Shown here: positions 56,449 to 64,000 of the stretch, one piece after another | How the letters are laid out: each line of letters begins with the position of its first letter | Numbering within the stretch: position 1 is the first letter of the stretch | IMG/VR virus record: IMGVR_UViG_3300006802_000076 | Span: 1 to 64,000 of that record | Length of the DNA stretch: 64,000 nt | Origin: a virus | Reading direction: 5' to 3' (one strand) | Made by a program: the position numbers and the translations under genes | Notes under the pieces: model-generated | Database searches by the model: none | Seen by the model: the letters and a program-made list of their open reading frames with translations, nothing else | Told to the model about the DNA's origin: nothing

Positions 56449-57665
56449 ACTACGAAATTAAACTTCTTAATTCCATTATTGACACGGGTGACTATGTGGA
56501 AGCCGTCAATGGAGGGGTAGAGAATGTATTCATCGAATACAGGGATATCTGGAACTTCATTGTTAACCACTACGATCAACACTCTAAAGTTCCCTCAAAG
56601 GAGACTGTTAAGGGGCATTTTACTGATTTTGATTTTTTTAATACGCCAGAGCCTCTTAATTACTACGTTGATCAGGCTCGTAAGGAGTCTCTAGCCTTTC
56701 AGACTAGACAGATTGTAGCTAAGGCGCATTCTATTATTTCTGATTCCGGTCCAAAGGATGCGTTAGCGTATCTGATGGAGAATACTAGTAAGCTTTATAA
56801 GTATTCTTCATCTCTTAAAGATACAGATCTAGTTAGTGAATGGCGTGATCGCTTCTTGGATTTGAAAGAGCGGTCTGAGAATCCTAATAAGCATTATATT
56901 GGTATCCCTAGCGGTATTGATGTTATTGATAAGACGTTTGGTGGCTGGCAAGCTGGCGACTTTATTGTTCTTCTTGGGTGGACTGGTGTTGGTAAGTCAT
57001 TTATTGCAAGACTGTTTGCAGTTAATGCATGGCGTGCTGGCTACCGTCCTATGATTATCTCTCTTGAGATGAATAAGAAGCAGGAAGGTCAGCGACTTGA
57101 TACCTTACTTAACAATGGTGAAGGGTATTTTACAAATACGGATTTAATTAAAGCTAATCCAAACATTGTTGATACTTATGAAAAGTGGGGCGAGAACATG
57201 TTTAAGGACAAGCCGCCCATTTATCTGATCACATCAGAGGGGCTTGAAACTGCCGATCAAAATATGGTGCAGGCTAAGATTGACCAGTATCAACCTGATA
57301 TGGTTATCTTGGACTATCATGGACTCTTTGACGATTCATCAGGCGCAAAGAATGAGACAGAGAAGGCTAAGAATCTGTCTAAGGCGTTTAAGAGGATCGC
57401 TGTGAAGAACAATGTTCCTATTATTGATGTCGCAGCGGTTACCATGTCTGATGGGCATGGTGATAGACCACCTGAGCTTGAAGAGGTTGCTTGGTCGAAG
57501 CAGTTGGCTTATGATGCTGATCTTGTTTTAGCTATTCATCGTGAGTTTAACTCCGATCAATTTCAGGTAGTGTCTAGAAAAGTTAGACGGGCAACACACT
57601 TTGGGTTCTATCTACGATGGAATCTTGAAACTGGAGAATGGAGAGAAGAATGGGACGTGGGGTGA
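56445..57665 (+). CDS. dnaB: DnaB-like replicative helicase
   Basis: GWTGVGKS Walker A, SLEM, ILDY, YDAD. Confidence 0.9.
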   Translation: MNYEIKLLNSIIDTGDYVEAVNGGVENVFIEYRDIWNFIVNHYDQHSKVPSKETVKGHFTDFDFFNTPEPLNYYVDQARKESLAFQTRQIVAKAHSIISDSGPKDALAYLMENTSKLYKYSSSLKDTDLVSEWRDRFLDLKERSENPNKHYIGIPSGIDVIDKTFGGWQAGDFIVLLGWTGVGKSFIARLFAVNAWRAGYRPMIISLEMNKKQEGQRLDTLLNNGEGYFTNTDLIKANPNIVDTYEKWGENMFKDKPPIYLITSEGLETADQNMVQAKIDQYQPDMVILDYHGLFDDSSGAKNETEKAKNLSKAFKRIAVKNNVPIIDVAAVTMSDGHGDRPPELEEVAWSKQLAYDADLVLAIHREFNSDQFQVVSRKVRRATHFGFYLRWNLETGEWREEWDVG

Positions 57666-57844
57666 CTGAGCCTTTCTATGTTTTGGACGGGCAGGCTAAA
57701 GATATTGAAACCATCATCAGACTTAGACCTTGGATGGAAGACGAGGTTCGTATGGAGCATGGTTTTTTCAATAAAACTGGTTTAATCACAGACTACGACA
57801 AGGCTAAAGAGACTTTTGACTTTAAAATTGAGTTCTTTCGCTAA
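57638..57844 (+). CDS. Hypothetical protein
   Basis: Between helicase and primase. Confidence 0.5.
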   Translation: MERRMGRGVTEPFYVLDGQAKDIETIIRLRPWMEDEVRMEHGFFNKTGLITDYDKAKETFDFKIEFFR

Positions 57845-58748
57845 TATAGAGAAATCAATACTTGACTTACTCAATGATAAGGGTATTGAGATTCATGCCC
57901 AGTCAAGTAACGAGGTGGCAATCTATTGCCCTTTCCACAGGAATGAAAACAGCCCTGCTCTGTATATAAACACTAAAACTGGACTGTGGCAGTGTTTCAA
58001 TCCTTCTTGTGGTAAAAAGGGCAACTTTCGACAACTTTATTATCACATTGCTGGTAAAGAGTTCGGTCGTGAGTGGATTCTTGATCCTGTTAATCTTCAA
58101 CGAGAGCTTGATAATGCTCTTAAGATTGATGATTACGACGATGAGTTGTCTTTGGATTCCGTGGAGATAGATTACGAGTCTGACGAGGATCGTCTGTTGC
58201 TACAGCCCTTTATTGACAGGGGTTATAGTTATGAGACTCTAATGGCATTTGAAATCGGTTATTCAAAGATTAAAGATAGGATTGTAATCCCTGTTCGTGA
58301 TCAGTCTTTTAAACTTGTTGGTTTAATCGGTCGTGCTGTTCATGATTGGCAAGATCCACGCTATCTTTACAATAAAGGGTTTAAGAGAGCCGATGTATTA
58401 TTCAATATACAGAACGCAAAATCTTATGACTCAGTTATAATATGTGAAGGTAGTCTTGACGCTATCAAGATAGCGCAATCCGGTTATAAAAACGTTGTTG
58501 CTACTCTTGGTGCAAAAGTGTCGCCAAATCAGGTAAAGATGATTAAGAAGTTTTTTGATAAAATTATTGTCTTTTCTGATGCGGATGAGGCCGGTGACGC
58601 GATGAAGCGTGCTATACTGGCGGAGTGTTGTGGCAAAGAGATCTATACGGCTTCCATCCCTGATGGGCTTAAAGATCCCGGCGACATGACTGACAAGCAA
58701 ATACAACAAGCTATTGAGCAAAGTACAATTTACATAGGAGATTTTTAA
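57816..58748 (+). CDS. dnaG: DNA primase (CHC2 zinc finger plus TOPRIM)
   Basis: CPFH...CFNPSC; CEGSLDA; DADEAG; KDPGD. Confidence 0.9.
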   Translation: MTLKLSSFANIEKSILDLLNDKGIEIHAQSSNEVAIYCPFHRNENSPALYINTKTGLWQCFNPSCGKKGNFRQLYYHIAGKEFGREWILDPVNLQRELDNALKIDDYDDELSLDSVEIDYESDEDRLLLQPFIDRGYSYETLMAFEIGYSKIKDRIVIPVRDQSFKLVGLIGRAVHDWQDPRYLYNKGFKRADVLFNIQNAKSYDSVIICEGSLDAIKIAQSGYKNVVATLGAKVSPNQVKMIKKFFDKIIVFSDADEAGDAMKRAILAECCGKEIYTASIPDGLKDPGDMTDKQIQQAIEQSTIYIGDF

Positions 58749-58750
58749 TA

Positions 58751-59389
58751 ATGTTTCAAACACTTAAGACACTGCAAGATATTGAAAAGAGCATCCCAAA
58801 GGTTGGCGGAGAGGGCGGAGGTAAGAAGTTCTTCAACCTCAAGTCAGGTGAAACTTACAAGATTCGCTTCCGTCAGGAATTGACTGAGGATTCAAAGAAC
58901 TTTAATGAAGAAGATGGCACCGGTATTATTGTCCCGGTTGTGACTTCCCCTATTAACTGGAAGTGGCGTTGCGCATCGACAGCGCAGATGCCTGAGCATT
59001 CATATCGTTGCTGGGCGTCAGAGCAGATTGTTCAGGACGGTCGTTGGCGACCAAAGCCACACCTTCTGATTAACATCGCTGTGGAAATGGACGGTGTCTG
59101 GGAGGCGCGAGTCCTTGATACAACTTTCAATCAACGCCATATTGGGATTATGCTTACTGAGTATGCTAAGGAGTTTGGTACGATTACCAATCAGGTATTT
59201 AAGTACAGCAGAACTGGATCTGGCGCTCAGGATACGAATTACAGTTTGATCCCTCTTGGGCCATCTGATCCTGACCCTGCCATTGCATCGCTGCCTATGC
59301 ACGATTTGGGTAATGTGTATATGGTCCTTGGTTACGATAAGCAGAAGTCATTCCTCACCACTGGTGAGCTTAATAACGATAGCTGGTAA
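58751..59389 (+). CDS. Putative ssDNA-binding protein
   Basis: KFFNLKSGE...IRF...RTGSGAQDTNYSL; replication context. Confidence 0.65.
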   Translation: MFQTLKTLQDIEKSIPKVGGEGGGKKFFNLKSGETYKIRFRQELTEDSKNFNEEDGTGIIVPVVTSPINWKWRCASTAQMPEHSYRCWASEQIVQDGRWRPKPHLLINIAVEMDGVWEARVLDTTFNQRHIGIMLTEYAKEFGTITNQVFKYSRTGSGAQDTNYSLIPLGPSDPDPAIASLPMHDLGNVYMVLGYDKQKSFLTTGELNNDSW

Positions 59390-59476
59390 TATCACTATGT
59401 AGTGTTGTGGGCGGTGTGTTTTGCATTATTCACTTTGCCGCACTGCGGACGCCCACAGCATTCGTTAGGAGTTCGT

Positions 59477-60031
59477 GTGATTGAAAACATTGAAGAACTA
59501 ATTTCTGATCTTAGAGCTATGGCCGACATAATAAATGAATCAGAGGGTAGGGCTTCTGTTGTGATGTTGAGTGGCGACCTTTTTGAAGAGGCTGCTGATG
59601 TCATTGAAACCACACATGAACGTCTTCATAATGCTCTTAGTTATTTGAATGATTTGGTGTATGAGTATTACAGAAACACGTCGGTGGATGACGGATATAA
59701 GCGTCCACCATCTATTGACTCTTCACTTATTCAAAAACAAAAAGACTGGTCTTCTTCGACTTTTGGGCCGGGCCGCAGAACTGAGGGTATCCTAGATCAC
59801 ATCAGGAAAGAGCTTGATGAGATTCAGGCTAAACCTGATGATATTGTTGAATGGGTTGATGTAATTCTTCTTGCAATTGATGGGGCTTGGCGACATGGTG
59901 GTCAGCCGCAAGAAATTATCAATCTGGTTCGTGAAAAGCAGTTTTTAAACAGAACAAGAGCATGGCCTGACTGGAAATATTTTGGTGAAAATGAAGCCAT
60001 TACTCACATTGAGATCAAAAATGAACAATGA
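59477..60031 (+). CDS. DUF550 dATP/dGTP pyrophosphohydrolase-domain protein
   Basis: WSSSTFGPG...DHIRKELDEI...EWVDVILLAIDGAWR...RAWPDW; AGGAG RBS before GTG. Confidence 0.8.
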   Translation: MIENIEELISDLRAMADIINESEGRASVVMLSGDLFEEAADVIETTHERLHNALSYLNDLVYEYYRNTSVDDGYKRPPSIDSSLIQKQKDWSSSTFGPGRRTEGILDHIRKELDEIQAKPDDIVEWVDVILLAIDGAWRHGGQPQEIINLVREKQFLNRTRAWPDWKYFGENEAITHIEIKNEQ

Positions 60032-60141
60032 AACTAGAGTACGGTATTGTTTTTGTTTTGATTTTAATTTTACGATCTCTACTTCGTAGGTTATTTATCC
60101 GCAGTCGCAATACAAAAAAGTATTTTTTTTAAGTGAGTGCA

Positions 60142-60243
60142 ATGCTTATTCTAAAAATCATAGCAATTTGGACTATCATTTCTATTCCTGTTAGTCTTTT
60201 TCTTGGCAAATTCCTGTCTAACATTGGTGACGGGGAGTCCTGA
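60142..60243 (+). CDS. Small membrane peptide, 33 aa
   Basis: MLILKIIAIWTIISIPVSLFLGKFL... Confidence 0.4.
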   Translation: MLILKIIAIWTIISIPVSLFLGKFLSNIGDGES

Positions 60244-60252
60244 TTTTGCTCT

Positions 60253-60324
60253 ACCTCTCTAGCTCAATGGTAGAGCAGCGGGCTTTTAACCCGTTGGTTG
60301 TGGGTTCGAATCCCACGGGGGGTA
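60253..60324 (+). tRNA. tRNA-Lys (UUU), no encoded CCA
   Basis: ACCTCTC/GGGGGGT acceptor stem, TAGCTCAATGGTAGAGC D-arm, GCGGG-CTTTTAA-CCCGT anticodon arm, GTGGG-TTCGAAT-CCCAC T-arm. Confidence 0.92.
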
Positions 60325-60327
60325 CTT

Positions 60328-60624
60328 ATGGATATTGTAGAACAACTTAGAAAATACGAGTGCATGTGTACGAATGAACAGTGTTGTTCCTGTGCGGCTG
60401 CCGACGAGATCGAACGTCTGCGTAAGCTAGTTGAAGAATTCCTTCCTTATGCGCTTAGAGAAGCGGAGCAGGGTGTTCTTATTGGTCCTCCACCTGAAGG
60501 TGATGAGTTCTGCCAGCAGTGTGATCATGTTTGCTCCGATTGTGAACGGTATAATAGTAGTCTTGATTTCCTTGAAAAGTTTCGTTCAGGACAGTTTAAC
60601 TTGGATAATAAGGAGAATTCATGA
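60328..60624 (+). CDS. Cys-rich hypothetical protein
   Basis: MDIVEQLR...AADEIERLR. Confidence 0.65.
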   Translation: MDIVEQLRKYECMCTNEQCCSCAAADEIERLRKLVEEFLPYALREAEQGVLIGPPPEGDEFCQQCDHVCSDCERYNSSLDFLEKFRSGQFNLDNKENS

Positions 60625-61142
60625 ACATATGTCTTGATATTGATGGTGTAATCGCTGATATTGCTGGTGGTATCAACAGGAAATTAGATAAGCTAGGTGT
60701 TGAAAATTATGACTATGCACATTGGCTTATTGGATTGTCGGATGACAACCTTTATCCAACTGTATTCAGTGATTACAATTTCTGGAGAAATCTAAAACCT
60801 TTTACTGATGCATGGTATGCTGTCAATGGATGGTGGGAGAGGGGTTACGATGTTCATCTGATTACCGCTAGATCTTCTCCTGAGTCTATGAATACAGCAT
60901 TCTCTTGGCTGGAGGATTGGAGGTTTCAATATTCATCTCTTCATTTTGTTGAGATGGGCAAAAAGATTGAAACTGTTAAAGATCTGAATGGGGATATTTT
61001 TGTTGAAGATAATCCATATGAGTTGAAAATTGTACAAGATGCCGGTGTGAGGTGTTTTCTTCGTCGGGCTTGGTATAATAGTCCTCATTGGGAATCTTTT
61101 GATTCGATTTCTAGCTTGTTGGAGGTTGATTTAGGTGAGTGA
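60621..61142 (+). CDS. HAD-family 5'(3')-deoxyribonucleotidase-like protein
   Basis: DIDGVIAD, ITAR, K, FVEDN, PHW. Confidence 0.8.
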   Translation: MNICLDIDGVIADIAGGINRKLDKLGVENYDYAHWLIGLSDDNLYPTVFSDYNFWRNLKPFTDAWYAVNGWWERGYDVHLITARSSPESMNTAFSWLEDWRFQYSSLHFVEMGKKIETVKDLNGDIFVEDNPYELKIVQDAGVRCFLRRAWYNSPHWESFDSISSLLEVDLGE

Positions 61143-61349
61143 TCGTAGGAAGTATTCTGGTCTTGAGTCTTTAGTTGTTGGTGGTGTGCCTGCTGTTTGC
61201 ACTTTTCTTTATGATTGGCGGCTTGGTGTGGCTTGGTTGTGTTTTGCCTTGATTGCCGGTTCCAGCCGTTGATGGCCGCGCGCCCTTTGATTGGGTTTTA
61301 AAATTTTTTACTATCCGTTTGTTGTGTTTGTTGTGTTTGGGGTGTTTTT

Positions 61350-64000
61350 GTGACTGATTTTGTGCATTTGCATTGTCATAGTGAGTATTCGTTGTTGGAT
61401 GGGATGTCTACTCCTTTGGATATTGCTTCTAGGGCTTCTTCGAATGGTCAGTTTGCTGCTGCGATTACTGATCATGGGACGATGGGTGGTGTGTTGAAGT
61501 TTCAGGCGGCGTGTGATCGTTTTGGTGTGCGTCCGTTGTTTGGTGTTGAGGCGTATTTTGTTCCGTCTGTTGGGGCTGATGGTGATTCTAAGGGTGAGCG
61601 TTCTCATTTGATTTTGTTGGCGAAGAGTGATGAGGGTTTGCGGAAGTTGTTTCGTATTAATGAGGTTGGGTGGAGGGATAATTTTTATTATAAGCCTCGT
61701 ATTGATTTTGATTTGCTTGAGGATTTGGTTGATGGGGATGTTGTGGCTTTGTCTAGTTGTATGGGTGGGGCTATTTCTAAGGCTTTGGAGCGTGGGGAGT
61801 TTTCTGAGGCTGAGAGGTTGTCGTCTAGGTTTGTCGATATTTTTGGGGATGATTTTTATTTTGAGGTTCAGGCGTGGAATCCTCGTTCGTTGAATGATGG
61901 TTTGATTGATTTGGCGGGGTCGTTTGGTAAGAGGGTTGTTGCTACTGCTGATTGCCATTTTCCTTCTGAGCATGATGCTCATGATGAGGAGGTTTTGTTG
62001 ATGGTGTCGCAGTATCCGTCTTTGAATACTGCTCAGATTCGTCATGCTAAGGAGAATATGTTGTGTTCTGGTTCTGTTACTGAGCGTATGAATGTGATGT
62101 ATCCTGATCGTTTTTTGCGGTTTGATGAGATTAATCCGTATGTTGCTTCTGTGGGGGATGTTGCTTCTTGGTTTGAGGCTGTTGGGTTTTCTGATTCTTC
62201 GTTTTTTGAGAATACTGTTGAGGTTGCTGAGAAGTGTTCTGCTCGTTTGGGGCGGCGTGCTGGTTTGTTGCCGAAGTATTTGAAGTCTTTGGATTCTGAT
62301 GATTATTTGCGTGAGTTGTGTGTGACTGCTCTTGCTGATAAGGGTCTTGTTGGTGGGGTGTATTCTGATCGGTTGGTTGAGGAGCTTGATGTTATTTGTT
62401 CGTTGGGTTTTGCTGACTATTTTTTGATGGTTTGGGATTTGGTGAAGTGGTGTGATCGTAATGGGGTTGGTCGTGGTCCCGGTCGTGGGTCTGTTGGTGG
62501 GTCTTTGATTGCGTTTTTGTTGGATATTTCTTTGGTTGATCCTATTAAGTATGGTTTGTTGTTTTCTCGTTTTTTGAATCCTGATCGTAATGATTATCCT
62601 GATATTGATTTGGATTTTGAGGATAAGCAGCGTGAGCGTGTGAAGTCGTATTTGTCTGAGCGGTGGGGTGCTGATAATGTTGCGGCTATTGCTACTTATG
62701 GTGTTTTTAAGCCAAAGTCTGTGGTTAAGGATGTTGCGCGTGTTTTTCAGGTTCCGTTTGATGAGACGAATAGTGTGACGCCGTTTTTTGAGACGTTGGA
62801 TGAGTTGATGGCTACTGATAAGGGTAAGACGTTTGTTCGTAAGTATCCTGATGTTTTGAAGGTGGCTAGGAAGTTGGAGGGGCGTATTCGTAATACTGGT
62901 ATTCATGCTGCTGGTGTTGTTGTTTCTGCTGTTCCTTTGACTGATGTGTGTCCTGTTGAGACTAGGAAGAATAGTGGTGGGGATGGTCGTGTTCCTGTTA
63001 CGTCTTTTGATATGGAGGATGCTGAGGGTGTTGGTCTTATTAAGGTCGATATTCTTGGGTTGAAGACTGTTTCTGTTATCAAGGATTGTTTGGAGAAGGT
63101 TTGTGAGGTGCATGGTGTTGATGTGCGTGATGAGTCTTTGGGTTTGGATGATCCCGATGTGTTTAAGAATTTTAATGAGGGGAATACTGTTGGTGTTTTC
63201 CAGGCTGATGCTGCTGCGTATCGTAATTTGATTGATCGTATGGGTATTGACGATTTTAATGATTTGGTGGTGTCTAATGCTTTGGTGAGGCCTGGTGCGT
63301 TGTTGTCGCAGGGTCAGGCTTATATTGATTGTAAGAAGGGTGATGCTTCTCCTAAGTATCCTCATGAGGTTGTTCGGCCTATTTTGGAGGAAACGTATGG
63401 GACGGTTATTTTCCAGGAGCAGTTGATGCAGATGGCTGTGTTGCTTGCTGGGTTTTCTTGGTCTGAGGCGGATAAGCTTCGTAAGATTATTGGTAAGAAG
63501 CGTGATGCTGCTGAGTTTGAGCAGTATAAGGAGAAGTTTGTTTCGAATGATTTTTTGACTCGTCGTCAGTCTGAGAAGATTTGGGCGGATTTTGAGCTTG
63601 CGGCTTTGTATATGTTTAATAAGTCTCATGCTGTTGCTTATTCGATGTTGTCGTATCAGACGATGTGGTTGAAGATTCATTATCCTCGCGAGTTTGTGTG
63701 GTCGTTGTTGTTCAATGAGTCTGAGAAGGGTAAGATTACGGCTTATTTGATGGAGGCTGCTCGTTTGGGTGTGAATATTTTGCCTCCTGATGTTAATCAT
63801 TCTGGTGAGTTTTTTTCTATTGATAGTAATGGTATTCGTTTTGGTTTGAGTAATGTGGCTGGTTGTGGTCGGACGGCTATTGATGAGATTTTGAAGCATC
63901 AGCCTTTTTCGACTTATGATGAGTTTTTGAATAAGTGTTCGAAGCGTTGTGTTCGTGCGCCTTTGCGTGAGAATTTAACTAAGGTTGGTGCTTTTGGTAG
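61350..64000 (+). CDS. dnaE: DNA polymerase III alpha subunit (partial; runs off the window)
   Basis: Manual translation: FVHLHCHSEYSLLDG, AITDHG, GPGRGSVGGS, PDIDLDF, HAAGVV, FNKSHAVAY. Confidence 0.95.
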   Translation, partial: MTDFVHLHCHSEYSLLDGMSTPLDIASRASSNGQFAAAITDHGTMGGVLKFQAACDRFGVRPLFGVEAYFVPSVGADGDSKGERSHLILLAKSDEGLRKLFRINEVGWRDNFYYKPRIDFDLLEDLVDGDVVALSSCMGGAISKALERGEFSEAERLSSRFVDIFGDDFYFEVQAWNPRSLNDGLIDLAGSFGKRVVATADCHFPSEHDAHDEEVLLMVSQYPSLNTAQIRHAKENMLCSGSVTERMNVMYPDRFLRFDEINPYVASVGDVASWFEAVGFSDSSFFENTVEVAEKCSARLGRRAGLLPKYLKSLDSDDYLRELCVTALADKGLVGGVYSDRLVEELDVICSLGFADYFLMVWDLVKWCDRNGVGRGPGRGSVGGSLIAFLLDISLVDPIKYGLLFSRFLNPDRNDYPDIDLDFEDKQRERVKSYLSERWGADNVAAIATYGVFKPKSVVKDVARVFQVPFDETNSVTPFFETLDELMATDKGKTFVRKYPDVLKVARKLEGRIRNTGIHAAGVVVSAVPLTDVCPVETRKNSGGDGRVPVTSFDMEDAEGVGLIKVDILGLKTVSVIKDCLEKVCEVHGVDVRDESLGLDDPDVFKNFNEGNTVGVFQADAAAYRNLIDRMGIDDFNDLVVSNALVRPGALLSQGQAYIDCKKGDASPKYPHEVVRPILEETYGTVIFQEQLMQMAVLLAGFSWSEADKLRKIIGKKRDAAEFEQYKEKFVSNDFLTRRQSEKIWADFELAALYMFNKSHAVAYSMLSYQTMWLKIHYPREFVWSLLFNESEKGKITAYLMEAARLGVNILPPDVNHSGEFFSIDSNGIRFGLSNVAGCGRTAIDEILKHQPFSTYDEFLNKCSKRCVRAPLRENLTKVGAFG

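Noticed and set aside
59477-60031. 2-aminoadenine (Z) genome inferred from DUF550
   Set aside because: No purZ in the window, and DUF550 also occurs in phages without Z
61311-63899. 862-aa minus-strand ORF
   Set aside because: In-register antisense shadow of dnaE, open only because third-position A is avoided; composition is not protein-like

Overview
The window is part of a large, long-tailed dsDNA phage (siphovirus architecture). A WhiB gene, leaderless TAnnnT promoters and an endolysin C-terminal domain point to an actinobacterial host, possibly Acidimicrobiia. Layout: (1) 1-2950, a GC-rich array (about 60-65% GC by eye, versus about 35-45% elsewhere) of six ~500-bp units on the minus strand. 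Each unit pairs a different small ORF with a conserved ~190-bp intergenic module that has length-fixed spacers, two TTTCRCACRTAT boxes, a covarying ~43-nt hairpin, an extended -10 promoter and a palindromic GC hairpin. Two units also carry a homologous 11-aa micropeptide gene. (2) About 2995-3180, an almost pure G/T tract. (3) 3170-7996, a leftward block (methyltransferase, DUF1599-like protein, HTH protein, ThyX). (4) 8151-11403, glycosyltransferase and class II RNR. (5) 11991-53186, virion genes: portal, fibre/decoration proteins, endolysin, protease/scaffold, capsid, neck, tail tube, chaperones, a 3644-aa tape measure and baseplate proteins with nested lectin-like insertions. (6) 53186-64000, HNH, phosphoesterase, holin, MerR-like HTH, WhiB, DnaB, primase, SSB, DUF550, tRNA-Lys(UUU), HAD nucleotidase and a partial DnaE with extreme G/T wobble bias. 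No terminase, integrase, reverse transcriptase or CRISPR array was recognised. The best candidate for an undescribed system is the cassette array at 1-2950. All protein assignments are by motif recognition, without database searches.
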